NCBI GenBank assembly: GCA_965222155.1
Contig: CBDCTH010000010.1
Span: 32,001 to 96,000, forward strand
Source of the DNA: Gammaproteobacteria bacterium
Lineage (GTDB): Bacteria > Pseudomonadota > Gammaproteobacteria > Eutrophobiales > Eutrophobiaceae
Direction of reading: 5' to 3'
DNA length: 64,000 nt
Position numbers and translations under genes: made by a program. Shown piece after piece: positions 9,319 through 19,922 of this stretch (position 1 is its first letter; each line of letters begins with the position of its first letter). A model generated the notes under the pieces. It had not been told where the DNA came from. It was given only the letters and a program-made list of their open reading frames with translations, and searched no databases.

Positions 9319-9431
9319 CTCATCATCTCCTTCAAGAACTCGTTTGTATATTGAAGATATCGCAACGCAATGGCTTGATGAGCGAGGGGAGCTTGTTGCG
9401 CATGAACCCACCTGTCATCGTTCCACTGGAT

Positions 9432-10001
9432 TCAGCTTTTAGAGTGAATGTATTCATTAGTTCTGATTCTCCGCCGAATCTCCCTTTCTGCTGCACCCAA
9501 CGCATAATACCTATTACCCCCCTTTACTGTTGCGACAACTCGACTCTGGGATTGATAGTGACGGTATGCCTCATCAGGGAGGCATCGTTCGCATATGAAG
9601 TCCGTTCCTTCATAATTGTCGCTATAAACCAATTGCGCGTCACAGTCTGGGCAGAAACACCAAAGATTCGATATCTCGTTACCAGTCCATGACCAACGCC
9701 ATTTCGCTCCGTCCAGCATATCTTCAGTATAGTTTCGATATGCTGGTTCATTCTGTGGACGAAGAGCCATATATAGCCAAGCAAGACCAACGAGCGCAAA
9801 TAATCCGATAATCAGAATCGCCCAACCAGGCATCGAATAGTAAGAGATTAGCGAAGTCCAAGCCCAAGTGATGCCCTCCCACACCCATGACATTGCTTCT
9901 GCCACGAAACCGCGCAATTGCGGGACGGCGGATAATATCAACCCTCCAATCACTGTTGCAATGATCCCGTTTCTCACGGAATGTGAATGCTTATCTGTCA
10001 T
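9432..10001 (-). CDS. Hypothetical membrane protein with Zn-ribbon (CPDC...CERC)
   Basis: Two hydrophobic segments, then WRWSW and two CxxC pairs; overlaps the hsdS stop. Confidence 0.7.
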   Translation of the reverse strand: MTDKHSHSVRNGIIATVIGGLILSAVPQLRGFVAEAMSWVWEGITWAWTSLISYYSMPGWAILIIGLFALVGLAWLYMALRPQNEPAYRNYTEDMLDGAKWRWSWTGNEISNLWCFCPDCDAQLVYSDNYEGTDFICERCLPDEAYRHYQSQSRVVATVKGGNRYYALGAAEREIRRRIRTNEYIHSKS

Positions 10002-11307
10002 AAATTCCAATCATATCTAACGACGAATCGTACGTCGATTGTAACGCCGATAGGTTGAGATCGACGACCTGGATTTCGCTCGTCATCAGCCTGTGCAACA
10101 GCGCCTTGAATAGGTCTTCTAATACCTTACGTTTCTTTCGGTGCAGGTCGATCTTGCGGTCGATAGCGTCGAGGATGGAGACAATCTCGCGTTGTTCGTC
10201 TAAGGTAGGAACCGGCACTAACCGCTCTTTGATTTGCCGGTCAGTGACAGCCGGGTAGCTCGCTCCCGTTTCGATTTTTGAAAGTTGTTCAATAAACTCT
10301 TGTCGCTGCACTAGCTGGAAGATATATTTCCCGTTCATATTTCGATCTTTGTCACGCAAAACGCAAAATGCCGTCGAGCAAACTTGATCGTTTAGTTCTT
10401 CTTCAATCTTTGCAACACGCAAAAGGGTCGGGCGAACAGTTGCAAATATGACATCTCCGGTCAGGATACGTTTACGCGCCCGGCTAGGTGCATATCTCAG
10501 CTTGTACCGCGTCGTAGTTTCCACCTGATGGAATTCGCGAGATATTGATGAAACGTCCACATACTGTATCTCGCGTTCAGCTTGTTCAGTCATGTTGACT
10601 TGATCAGCCGGCAAACAAAGAGAGCCTAATTTCTCTATCCCCCAACTCTCCGGAACCGGGCCGATTTTGGTTTCCTTCGACTCCTCTCCCCTAAGCCCGC
10701 GCGTGAACAGCGTCCGCATTGCCGCGCGTTTGAGGTCGCGCACACCCTGTTCGCATTCGGTCTCAGATTCAGACGCTTTTTGGATCGCTTCCAATGCATC
10801 AGCGATTGCGTTTTGCTCGTCAAACTCGAAGGATGGGATCGGCAGGTTGAGCAGCACATTTTCCGGAATGCGTTTGCGCCCGGTCGATCCCTCCATCCTT
10901 TCTGCCATATATTCCCGCACATCCGGGTGAAGCAGATAGTAGAACAGAAATCGCGGATCATGTGTCGCTGAGATTGGATGAAGAGGGATTACTTCGGTCG
11001 TCGCATACCCAAACGGCTCAGCAAAATTTCGGACCAGCGCCTGCTTTCCGTTCTCGAAGGACGGAGTGATCTTGGCGACTAGGATATCGCCACGTTCAAA
11101 GTATGTCCCACTGACGATTGTCCCTGGCGCTCTCATTTCATACTTTGGCAGGTACGCGCCACCCCGCGGAATTGCATCCATCGCGGCGAACGGAATGGCC
11201 GGCAAGAACGAGGGATCAATTCCGCGTGGCTTCTTCGTCACAGCATAGTTGTCTCCAACGCGAGACCATTCGCGACCTTCACCGAGGTCTGCTTTAAGTA
11301 GGCTCAT
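9991..11307 (-). CDS. hsdS: Type I R-M specificity subunit S
   Basis: Two TRDs separated by conserved regions ([14 protein letters not shown]...LFTRGL...PESW; [14 protein letters not shown]...LLHRLMT). Confidence 0.92.
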   Translation of the reverse strand: MSLLKADLGEGREWSRVGDNYAVTKKPRGIDPSFLPAIPFAAMDAIPRGGAYLPKYEMRAPGTIVSGTYFERGDILVAKITPSFENGKQALVRNFAEPFGYATTEVIPLHPISATHDPRFLFYYLLHPDVREYMAERMEGSTGRKRIPENVLLNLPIPSFEFDEQNAIADALEAIQKASESETECEQGVRDLKRAAMRTLFTRGLRGEESKETKIGPVPESWGIEKLGSLCLPADQVNMTEQAEREIQYVDVSSISREFHQVETTTRYKLRYAPSRARKRILTGDVIFATVRPTLLRVAKIEEELNDQVCSTAFCVLRDKDRNMNGKYIFQLVQRQEFIEQLSKIETGASYPAVTDRQIKERLVPVPTLDEQREIVSILDAIDRKIDLHRKKRKVLEDLFKALLHRLMTSEIQVVDLNLSALQSTYDSSLDMIGIYDR

Positions 11308-13159
11308 CCATCACCCCGATCAGCAGTTTAGAGATCGCCGCCGAAAGCCGACTCGCCTCGCTATCGAGGTTGGTTAGTTCCCGAACAAGTGTGCTAACAG
11401 AACCAACCTCTGCAGAACTGGACTGCCCCACCCACCGACTGGGACTGAGATTGTAGTCCGCCTTCTCCGCATCCTCCCGCGTGATCACGGCAATCTCACC
11501 CTCGACGGGTTCGCCCTTGAGGTAGGCTGACGCGAGCGGACGGATGTCCTCCTCCGGGATGAAGTTCTTGGGGCGCCCTTTCCGCACACGTTTGCCGGCG
11601 TTGAGTAGCACGAGCTTATCCTTCCGTTCCGCCGGTTTGCGCTTTGACAACACCACAATCACGCCAGCGGCGCTGGTGTTATAAAACAGGTTGTCCGGCA
11701 GCAGGATCACGCCGTCGATCAAATCGCGGTCGACGAACCATTTACGGATGTTGCGTTCCCTGTCCTCGTGCTTGCTGCCGGAGCCGCGTGTCACGGCGCC
11801 GGTGTCGAGTACAACTGCCGCTCGTCCCCGCTCGTTCAGGCAGGCGATGGTGTGTTGGAGCCAGGCCCAGTCGCCCTTGCCGGTGGTTACGCCGCCCCGG
11901 CTGCGGAAACGGTCGAACGGGTCGTTGGCGAAGATGTCCGGGTTGAACGGCTGATTCCACATCGGGTTGGCGACCACGATGTCGTGGGTAGCGATCTGGC
12001 CGGCCGCAGTTTTGAACTTTGGGTTAATCATCGTGTCGCCGCGGGCAATCTCGACCTCCATGTCGTGGATGATCGCGTTCATCTGGGCAACCGCGTAGCT
12101 CTCGGCTTGCAATTCCTGTCCGCAGAGCTTGAGCGGCAGACGGCTGGTGGGGTCAAGCTCCCGGGCAACGAGTTGCAGTTTGACGAGCAGTCCGGCCGAA
12201 CCGCAGGCGTAGTCGTGGCAATCCTCACCGGGCCTGGGGCGCAGGATGTATGCCATCAGGAAACCGACCTCGGTCGGGGTGAAGAACTCGCCCGCGCTCT
12301 GGCCTGAACCTTCTGCGAACTTGCGTAGCAGGTACTCATAGGCGCGGCCGAGGAAATCGGGCTGCACATCAGCAAGGCCAAGCCGGTAACGAGGGTCGGA
12401 GAAGGTTTCGACCACCGCGGTGAGCTTCGCCGGGTTGATATCGCGCTCCCCGTTGCGCTCGGCCGCGAAATCCACTATGTCAATAACGCCTGACAGCGAA
12501 GGGTTATAACGCACGACCGCGCGCACGGCTTTTGTCAAATGTTCGCCGATGTCTCCAGGCCGCGTGCTTCTCCCTTGGTTGTCTGGCGGCCACTCATAGT
12601 CTTCGCGACCGCTGATGACCACCCAGCGGGCATCTGGGGGCAGGTAGAAGCGCAGCAGGTCGTGATCGGTCTCGGCGATCTCAAGCGCAGTAACCCGATT
12701 ACCATATTCTTCGGCCAGGCGTTCGATCTCATCGTTGAAAACGTCGGACAGCCGTTTCAGGAACAGGAGCGGCAACAGGTAATCCTTGAATTTGGGGGCA
12801 TCTTTTTCTCCGCGAATGGAGCAGGCCGCATCCCATAGCATCTGCTCCATGGGCTTCGTTGAGGGGGTAGAGCGTCGCCGGCCCGTTGTCGTATCACGCA
12901 CGCCGCCAGTCCGTCGCCGCGTCACGCGCGCTGCCGCTTCGGCTGGCTTCGCAGCCGACTCCATCGCGCCCACGCCTGCCTCAACAGCAAGCGCGGCGAT
13001 TACTTCCCGCGCTGCTTTCTGTGGTAAAATAGTACCACCTTCCCAACGGTTAACGCTAGCAAAGGAAACGCCTAGCCGTTCCGCGAGTTGCTCCTGGGTG
13101 AGATCAAGACTGGCGCGGATGGCACGCAATGTGGCTGCAATGACATTTTTGTTTGTCAT
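11294..13159 (-). CDS. hsdM: Type I R-M methyltransferase subunit M with N-terminal XRE HTH fusion
   Basis: N-terminal [23 protein letters not shown]; Hsd[12 protein letters not shown]...LLFLKRLSD; GEFFTP; motif I DYACGSAG; motif IV VVANPMW. Confidence 0.92.
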   Translation of the reverse strand: MTNKNVIAATLRAIRASLDLTQEQLAERLGVSFASVNRWEGGTILPQKAAREVIAALAVEAGVGAMESAAKPAEAAARVTRRRTGGVRDTTTGRRRSTPSTKPMEQMLWDAACSIRGEKDAPKFKDYLLPLLFLKRLSDVFNDEIERLAEEYGNRVTALEIAETDHDLLRFYLPPDARWVVISGREDYEWPPDNQGRSTRPGDIGEHLTKAVRAVVRYNPSLSGVIDIVDFAAERNGERDINPAKLTAVVETFSDPRYRLGLADVQPDFLGRAYEYLLRKFAEGSGQSAGEFFTPTEVGFLMAYILRPRPGEDCHDYACGSAGLLVKLQLVARELDPTSRLPLKLCGQELQAESYAVAQMNAIIHDMEVEIARGDTMINPKFKTAAGQIATHDIVVANPMWNQPFNPDIFANDPFDRFRSRGGVTTGKGDWAWLQHTIACLNERGRAAVVLDTGAVTRGSGSKHEDRERNIRKWFVDRDLIDGVILLPDNLFYNTSAAGVIVVLSKRKPAERKDKLVLLNAGKRVRKGRPKNFIPEEDIRPLASAYLKGEPVEGEIAVITREDAEKADYNLSPSRWVGQSSSAEVGSVSTLVRELTNLDSEASRLSAAISKLLIGVMDEPT

Positions 13160-13194
13160 GTCTGCTTTATAGCAAATATGACAAACATAGTCAA
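13150..13194 (-). promoter_or_regulatory. sigma70 promoter for leaderless hsdM, overlapped by a 38-bp palindromic operator
   Basis: Minus strand TTGACT-17 nt-TATAAA-6 nt-ATG; inverted repeat 13150-13187 with arms TGTTTGTCAT/ATGACAAACA (16 of 19 arm positions match). Confidence 0.7.
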
Positions 13195-13226
13195 CAATTA
13201 CCGATTAAATTCCTATTTTAAAAATT

Positions 13227-13468
13227 TCAGATACAACCAGCCGGCAACTGAATGATCTTATTGCTGAGCAGGCGCCCCTGGTTACTGTTGTTAATAACAA
13301 TCCCGAAAGGCGAATCATGCTGCTGCACGAATTGTTGCAATGGCTTGAGTTGTTGCAGGGTGGTCTGGTGACCAAATTTGATTTCAATCGGCAGGATGCC
13401 AAAGCTCCCTTCGAGGATCAGGTCGATCTCGACGCGGTTTTTGGTGCGGTAATAAAAATAGTCCCACC
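13227..13468 (-). pseudogene. C-terminal fragment of an AAA ATPase-DUF4143 protein
   Basis: FYYRTKNRVEIDLILE...PIEIK; 5' part cut off at the palindromic element. Confidence 0.7.
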
Positions 13469-13470
13469 GA

Positions 13471-13606
13471 AGGATATTTGGGAAGGATATTTGGGACACC
13501 CATAAATTAAATGAGAGTTTTAAATTAATGGGTGTCCCGAATTTACCCCCGTTAAATTAATGGGTGTCCCGAATTTACCCCCGAATTTACCTCCCGGATT
13601 TACCTC
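13471..13606. repeat. Palindromic element GGGACACCCAT...ATGGGTGTCCC, right copy with partial end duplications
   Basis: Same orientation as 2356-2432; right half (ttaaattaatgggtgtcccgaatttaccccc) is duplicated. Confidence 0.8.
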
Positions 13607-13895
13607 TTTATATCAGCCATTTCCTAACTCTACGCCAGGAATTTACTGATGTAAGGAGGATTCTGGGATCATCGGCAGTTCCTGCTAACCGAATCTTGTG
13701 GAAAACCTGAATACCCCCGGCATTGATACCTGCGTCCAGAAGAATTGAGAGGATGAGAGTCACTACATGTTGTCAACAAATAGATTTGTCCACATCTGTA
13801 ACAAAAGAATTGTCCGCTTTTAAGTGAACGCCTGACCCGTCCCTCAGGGCATCGCCAATAGGGACAGGCTCAGCGCCTGCCTACAGCAGGCAGGC

Positions 13896-13970
13896 CGGAA
13901 CCCAGTCTGTTATCGTGTCGCCAGAGGCGACTCTTTGTTCCACTGGATTCCCGCTTACGCGGGAATGGCG
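13896..13970. repeat. REP-like doublet (..CCAG-core-CTGGATTCCCGC..GCGGGAATG)
   Basis: Shares the core gtgtcgcca..ggcgac and REP arms with 19644-19735, 31788-31860 and 45219-45337. Confidence 0.6.
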
Positions 13971-14069
13971 GAGGGGCACATTCAAAAGTATGTGGCTGCC
14001 CTGTTATTTGAACTTCATACCACGAAATGTCGGCGTCGATGACCGAATTTTCACGGTATTATGAGCGCC

Positions 14070-14889
14070 ATGATTACTCGGTCCAGGCATATCAAAGAGA
14101 TCATCCGGCGTCTCAGGCACTTCGAGGTCGTTGCCATCCTGGAGGGGCCGGCAGGTCGGCAAGACCACGTTGGCAAAACAGGTAGCCGGGAGCTATCACA
14201 CGCGGTCTCATTATTTTGATCTGGAAGACCCTGTGGCCTTGTCCAGACTCGGAGAAGACCCGAACCTTGTGTTGCGAAATTTGAAGGGTCTGATCATTGT
14301 CGATGAAGTGCAACGTTTACCGAATCTTTTTCCACTGCTTCGAGTGCTGTCGGACCGCCGGCCGCGGCCGGCGCGCTTTCTGGTTCTGGGCAGTACGTCG
14401 CCGAACCTCCTCCGGCAATCCTCTGAATCCTTGGCTGGTCGGATAAACTACTACGAACTGAACGGCTTGGGGCTGGATGAAACAGGAAATGACCGGCTTG
14501 CACGGCGTTGGCTCCGGGCAGGTCTCGTGCATTACCTGCTGGGGATCGGTGATGACAGGTCTCTTGACGTGCATCCCGGCAGAGGCGGCACATGGGAGGG
14601 GCTTATACTGGAGTTGGCCATGGAACAGCTGAGAGGTACAGGCCGGGAGTTTTATTATTGGCGAACTCATACCGGTGCGGAACTCGACCTGTTTGCTCCG
14701 TCCGGCAGAGAACGGTTAGGTATCGAGGTGAAGCTTTCCTCGGCGCCGGCCATCACACCGTCGATGCGCCATGCAGTCAATGATCTCGAACTCACGGACT
14801 TGGTCGTGGTACATGCCGGTGAAGCATCCTATCCTATGGGTGACAGGATACGGGCGGTGCCAGCCAAGCTGTTGCTTACGAATTTGTGA
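14070..14889 (+). pseudogene. AAA_14 ATPase-DUF4143 protein, frameshifted and internally deleted
   Basis: MITRSRH...VVAILEG is out of frame with RQVGKTT; IIVDEVQ and ESLAGR present; WLR is joined directly to AGLVHYLLG (middle missing); YWRT..ELDL..IEVK. Confidence 0.75.
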
Positions 14890-14919
14890 TTGAGCTGAAG
14901 GGGTCCTTGGCAGCAGGAG

Positions 14920-15170
14920 TTCCCGCTGATTTTATCAACTTGCCGGGAACGAGGGCAGCTTGCCCTCGTCGAGGACGGGACGCTCTCGCTCCAAGGCAGG
15001 TGCTCCCGCTAAATCGAGATCAATACAGTGATTTTTATCGAAGACAAGGGGGACAGATTTAAATCTGTCCCCCAAGTTCCCCTGACCATAAGGGGGCATG
15101 TTTCCCTGGGAGGGAGGGCGTCTCGCCCTCCACGAGGGCAGGATGCCCTCGGTCCCGGAAGTTAGCGGAA
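14920..15170. repeat. Cluster of MITE-like family A modules including palindrome GGGGACAGATTTAAATCTGTCCCC
   Basis: Reverse complement of 15045-15170 nearly matches 59519-59646 and is similar to 54484-54605 and 63480-63570. Confidence 0.8.
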
Positions 15171-15194
15171 ACTGCTGCCTTGCCAGTACCTCGG

Positions 15195-15222
15195 TTGTAA
15201 TATCGGAAAACTGTAATATACT
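15195..15222 (+). promoter_or_regulatory. Putative sigma70 promoter for the SAH riboswitch/metH leader
   Basis: TTGTAA-16 nt-TATACT about 27 nt upstream of the aptamer. Confidence 0.4.
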
Positions 15223-15248
15223 CCCCTTTGTGCAGTACCTCCCCTTTA

Positions 15249-15327
15249 TCTGAGGAGCGTTGCGACGGGTGGCGGATAATCCGCACCCGCCAGGCTCAGG
15301 TAAATGTCATGAATTAACGGCGCTCAC
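15249..15327 (+). promoter_or_regulatory. SAH riboswitch aptamer
   Basis: CTGAGGAGCGTTGCGACGGG...CCCGCCAGGCTCAG...AACGGCGCTCAC matches the SAH riboswitch consensus, including the GAGCG/CGCTC pseudoknot; lies upstream of metH, a known target. Confidence 0.85.
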
Positions 15328-15739
15328 TTAACCCGCATTTCTCACCAGTTGATGCGATGATCGCGCCGGATTTTTGCCGCCAGCGGGTGCCTGCGACCAA
15401 AAGCATAGCCGTAGTTGATGTGCGCCCTCCATGGCGCGCACCCTGCGGGCATCCTTCGGATGTCCAAATCTGCTCCAGGCAGATTTGTCTGGTTGAGGGA
15501 CAAATCGTCAGGACTGACGATTTGCACGGCGACAGCCGCCCGCAGGGTTGCGCCCAGAGCCTGCCCCCCTGCTTACAACCGCAGGGGCAAGCTCTGTATG
15601 CAGTTGAGCAGGGGGATGGGCGCAATGAACGCATCAAGCGCAGTCTGTTATGTTGATATTGTGAGCAGGTTATCATAACGTATTGACAGCAAACAACTAG
15701 CCGATGACGATAAGCGAACTGGTGAGAAATGCGGGTTAA
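15328..15739. mobile_element. MITE family B, copy 1
   Basis: Perfect TIRs TTAACCCGCATTTCTCACCAGTT / AACTGGTGAGAAATGCGGGTTAA; interior similar to 21388-21653; no transposase. Confidence 0.85.
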
Positions 15740-15869
15740 CTGTTGAATGACAAGATAAGTGAGGCGAGCCGGATTGATCACTTCCCCGCTTCTTGTCCTG
15801 CATTATACGGAGAATGGAGGGGTCATGATCGGCATCAAAAATCAAAGACCTGACCCCGTTATATAAGTC

Positions 15870-18800
15870 ATGATTGGCGCGACCGAACGACAATTACGTA
15901 GCCTGTTAAAAGAGCGTATCCTGCTGCTGGATGGGGCGATGGGCACCATGATCCAGTCTTATCGCCTGCAGGAAAGTGATTTTCGCGGGGAGCGCTTTGC
16001 CGATCATGACCGCGATTTGAAGGGAAACAACGACCTGCTGTCTCTCACCCGGCCGGATATTATCAGGGATATACATGCCGCGTTCCTCGACGCCGGCGCC
16101 GACATTATCGCGACCAATACCTTCAACTCCACTGCAATTGCCATGGCCGATTACGAGTTGCAGGACCAGGCGTACGAGTTGAACCGGAGCGGCGCCGGAC
16201 TGGCCCGGGGTATTGCCGATGAGAAGTCTGCGCCGGAAAAACCCCGCTTCGTTGCCGGTGTCCTCGGCCCTACCAACCGCACCGCTTCCATATCGCCGGA
16301 CGTCAACAAACCCGGGTTTCGCAATATCACCTTTGCGGAACTGGCGGAAGCCTATACGACCGCCATCCGGGGACTGGTGGAGGGCGGCGTCGATATCCTG
16401 CTGCTGGAGACCATCTTCGATACCCTGAATGCCAAGGCCGCCCTGTTCGCCATCGAGTCCTTTTTTGAAACAAGCGGCGCCCGCCTGCCTATTATCATTT
16501 CCGGCACCATTACCGATGCCTCAGGCCGGACCCTTACCGGCCAGACCAATGCCGCCTTCTGGCATTCCGTCCGTCATGCAGAACCATTAGCAATAGGGTT
16601 AAATTGTGCTTTGGGTGCCAAAGACTTACGTGAACATATTCAAGAACTTTCTAATATAGCTGACACCTATGTCAGCATCTATCCAAATGCCGGACTACCT
16701 AATGAATTCGGTGAATACGATGAGACACCCGAGTATATGGCCGACATTCTCGAAGAGTTTGCCCGCAGCGGATTTCTCAATATCGTCGGCGGTTGTTGCG
16801 GTACCACCCCGGAACATATCGAGCAGATCCATGACCAGGTATGCATCCAGCCACCCCGGACCATTCCCGACGTCCTGTCTTTTTGCCAGCTGAGCGGCCT
16901 GGAAGCGCTGACCATTACCCCCGCGGCTAATTTCATCAACATCGGTGAACGCACTAACGTGGCCGGTTCCCCCAAATTCCTGCGGCTTATCAAGGAAAGC
17001 AAGCTGGATGAGGCGCTGGATATTGCCCGCCAGCAGGTGGAGAACGGCGCCCAGATAATAGACGTGTGCATGGATGAGGGACTGCTTGATTCCGAGCAGT
17101 TAATGCAGGACTTTCTCCTGCTGGTTGCCGGCGAACCTGATATCAGCCGGGTACCGACCATGATCGATTCATCGCGCTGGTCCGTCATCGAGGCCGGATT
17201 GCGTTGTGTCCAGGGTAAATGCATCGTGAACTCCATCAGTCTGAAAGAGGGGGAGGATAAATTCAGGGAACAGGCCCGGGTTATCAGGCGCTACGGGGCG
17301 GCGGTCGTGGTGATGTGTTTTGATGAACAGGGACAGGCAGACACCACCGAACGTCGTTTTGAGGTGGCAAGACGGTCTTATCATATCCTGGTGGATGAAC
17401 TCGGCTTCCCTCCAGAAGATATCATCTTTGATCCCAATATCCTCACCGTCGCCACCGGCATGGAGGAGCATAACAATTATGCGGTCTCATTTTTTGAAGC
17501 GAGCCGCCTGATCAAGGAAAACTTGCCAAACGCCCTGGTCAGTGGGGGCTTGAGCAATGTTTCTTTTTCCTTCCGGGGCAATAATCCTGTGCGGGAGGCC
17601 ATGCACTCGGCCTTCCTGTATCACGCGGTCAAGGCTGGTATGGATATGGCGATTGTCAATGCCGGCCAGCTGGGTATTTATGATAAAATACCCACAGACC
17701 TGCTGGAAAGGGTGGAAGACGTGTTGCTCAACAGGCGCCCCGATGCCACCGATCGCCTGGTTGAATTCGCCGAGACCGTCAAGGATGTGGGGGAAAATAA
17801 AAAGAAAGCAGATGAACAGACCTGGCGTGGTAGCAGTGCGCAGGAACGCCTGTCCCATGCCCTGGTGAAAGGGATCGACACCTGGATTGAAGCCGATACG
17901 GAGGAAGCGCGGCAACACTATGACAGGCCCCTGCAGGTCATCGAAGGACCGCTGATGGATGGCATGAACATCGTCGGCGACCTGTTCGGCGCCGGCAGGA
18001 TGTTCCTGCCCCAGGTGGTGAAAAGCGCGCGCGTCATGAAAAAAGCGGTTGCCTACCTCATCCCCTTTATCGAGGAAGACAAAAAAGGCGGTGGAGATTA
18101 CCGGTCCCAGGGCAGGATAGTCATGGCCACCGTTAAAGGCGATGTCCATGATATCGGGAAAAATATCGTCGGCGTAGTCCTGCAATGCAATAACTTTGAG
18201 GTAATCGACCTCGGCGTCATGGTCCCGGCCGAAATCATCCTGAAAACCGCGCAGGAAACAAACGCCGACTTTATCGGTCTGAGTGGTCTTATCACCCCGT
18301 CACTGGATGAAATGGTACACGTGGCGGAAGAGATGCAGCGCCGGGAATTCGATGTTCCCCTGCTTATCGGCGGCGCCACTACTTCACGCACACACACCGC
18401 GGTAAAAATTGAACCGCGCTACAGGCAACCGGTGATACACGTGAAAGACGCCTCCCGCGCCGTGGGCGTGGTACAGCGTTTGATCAGTGAAGATTTGAAA
18501 GCCGATTTCAGCAAACAGGTAAAAGAGGAATATGCGGTAGTTCGGGACAGACATAAAGGCAGACAGGCCGGGATCAAATGGCTGCCATTGGCCGAGGCAC
18601 GCACAAACCGGTTCCCGGTTGATTGGCAGACCTACCGGCCGCCCGAACCGAAAATAACGGGAATCCGGGTATTCAACGATTACCCGTTAGCTGACCTTCA
18701 GGATTATATAGACTGGACCCCCTTCTTTGTTGCCTGGGAGTTAGCCGGCCGTTTTCCACGAATTCTGGACGATGAAACAGTCGGGGAAGAAGCGCGAAAA

Positions 18801-19571
18801 CTTTACCGGGACGCCAGGGAAATGCTGGATACAATCATCCATGAAAAGTGGCTGGCAGCCCGGGCTGTTATCGGCCTGTTCCCAGCCAACTCCATCGGTC
18901 ACGACGATATCGAAGTCTACGTGGATGACAGTCGCATGGGACTACTGGCTGAGTTCCATTCTTTAAGGCAGCAGACAAAAAAACCGCCGGGTCAGCCCAA
19001 CTTTGCCCTGGCTGATTTTATCGCACCGAAACAGACCGGACGGAATGATTATATCGGTGCTTTTGCCGTAGCCGCAGGATTTGGAATGGAAGACAAATTA
19101 CACCAGTTCGAGCAGGACCATGACGATTATCGCGCGATCATGTTGAAAGCCCTGGCTGACCGGCTGGCGGAAGCCCTGACGGAACGACTGCACCAGCGGG
19201 TAAGGAAGGAATTCTGGGGATACCAGGCGGACGAAACCCTTGACAATAGCGCACTCATCGCCGAGAAATACCGGGGGATCCGCCCTGCCCCCGGTTATCC
19301 GGCCTGTCCGGACCACACAGAAAAACCGCTTATCTGGGATTTGCTCAAGGTCGAGGCAAATACCGGGATAACGCTGACCGACAGTTATGCCATGTACCCG
19401 ACCGCAGCCGTGTGCGGCCTGTATTTCTCCCACCCCGACTCGCGCTATTTCGGGCTGGGGAAGGTCAACCGCGATCAAGTCTCCGACTATGCCCTGAGGA
19501 AAGGCATGGAAGTGCGTCAGGCGGAGCGCTGGCTGAGCCCCAGCCTTGGGTACGATCCCGATACCGTGTAG
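15870..19571 (+). CDS. metH: Cobalamin-dependent methionine synthase
   Basis: 1233 aa; [35 protein letters not shown] (B12 motif), [12 protein letters not shown]. Confidence 0.98.
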   Translation: MIGATERQLRSLLKERILLLDGAMGTMIQSYRLQESDFRGERFADHDRDLKGNNDLLSLTRPDIIRDIHAAFLDAGADIIATNTFNSTAIAMADYELQDQAYELNRSGAGLARGIADEKSAPEKPRFVAGVLGPTNRTASISPDVNKPGFRNITFAELAEAYTTAIRGLVEGGVDILLLETIFDTLNAKAALFAIESFFETSGARLPIIISGTITDASGRTLTGQTNAAFWHSVRHAEPLAIGLNCALGAKDLREHIQELSNIADTYVSIYPNAGLPNEFGEYDETPEYMADILEEFARSGFLNIVGGCCGTTPEHIEQIHDQVCIQPPRTIPDVLSFCQLSGLEALTITPAANFINIGERTNVAGSPKFLRLIKESKLDEALDIARQQVENGAQIIDVCMDEGLLDSEQLMQDFLLLVAGEPDISRVPTMIDSSRWSVIEAGLRCVQGKCIVNSISLKEGEDKFREQARVIRRYGAAVVVMCFDEQGQADTTERRFEVARRSYHILVDELGFPPEDIIFDPNILTVATGMEEHNNYAVSFFEASRLIKENLPNALVSGGLSNVSFSFRGNNPVREAMHSAFLYHAVKAGMDMAIVNAGQLGIYDKIPTDLLERVEDVLLNRRPDATDRLVEFAETVKDVGENKKKADEQTWRGSSAQERLSHALVKGIDTWIEADTEEARQHYDRPLQVIEGPLMDGMNIVGDLFGAGRMFLPQVVKSARVMKKAVAYLIPFIEEDKKGGGDYRSQGRIVMATVKGDVHDIGKNIVGVVLQCNNFEVIDLGVMVPAEIILKTAQETNADFIGLSGLITPSLDEMVHVAEEMQRREFDVPLLIGGATTSRTHTAVKIEPRYRQPVIHVKDASRAVGVVQRLISEDLKADFSKQVKEEYAVVRDRHKGRQAGIKWLPLAEARTNRFPVDWQTYRPPEPKITGIRVFNDYPLADLQDYIDWTPFFVAWELAGRFPRILDDETVGEEARKLYRDAREMLDTIIHEKWLAARAVIGLFPANSIGHDDIEVYVDDSRMGLLAEFHSLRQQTKKPPGQPNFALADFIAPKQTGRNDYIGAFAVAAGFGMEDKLHQFEQDHDDYRAIMLKALADRLAEALTERLHQRVRKEFWGYQADETLDNSALIAEKYRGIRPAPGYPACPDHTEKPLIWDLLKVEANTGITLTDSYAMYPTAAVCGLYFSHPDSRYFGLGKVNRDQVSDYALRKGMEVRQAERWLSPSLGYDPDTV

Positions 19572-19592
19572 CATCAGGACACCCCCACCACG

Positions 19593-19843
19593 CCGGGACA
19601 CGTCCGTCATTCCGGGACACGTCCGTCATTCCGGGACACGTCCGTCATTCCGGGCTTGACCCGGAATCCAGTGAAATAATGAGTCGCCAGTGGCGACACG
19701 CTATTAGACTGGATTCCGGCATTCGCCGGAATGACGGATGTGTCCCGGAATGACGACAATGGGAGCATTCGCACGAATGACGAAGGTGTCCCGGAATGAC
19801 GACAATGGGAGCATTCGCCGGAATGACGCGAGACTGGAATGAC
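19593..19843. repeat. REP-like doublet with flanking tandem sub-repeats
   Basis: 3x CCGGGACACGTCCGTCATT, then GTCATTCCGGGCTTGACCCGGAATCCAG-core-CTGGATTCCGGCATTCGCCGGAATGAC (19644-19735), then repeated GGAATGAC modules. Confidence 0.85.
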
Positions 19844-19922
19844 CCCAAATCTATGCATACGTGTTAATATCCGATTATAATAACGTCAGAATATCCATGA
19901 CCCGGAGGGGGAGCGCCAAACC

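Noticed and set aside
15314-15781. ORFs within MITE B and family A copies
   Set aside because: No transposase motifs; these are chance frames in GC-rich palindromic repeats.
15740-15869. Cobalamin or SAM riboswitch ahead of metH
   Set aside because: No B12-box or SAM consensus seen; the recognisable element is the SAH aptamer further upstream.
19593-19843. CRISPR array or small ORFs
   Set aside because: Irregular REP-type palindromes without unique, evenly sized spacers; the ORFs are translations of repeats.
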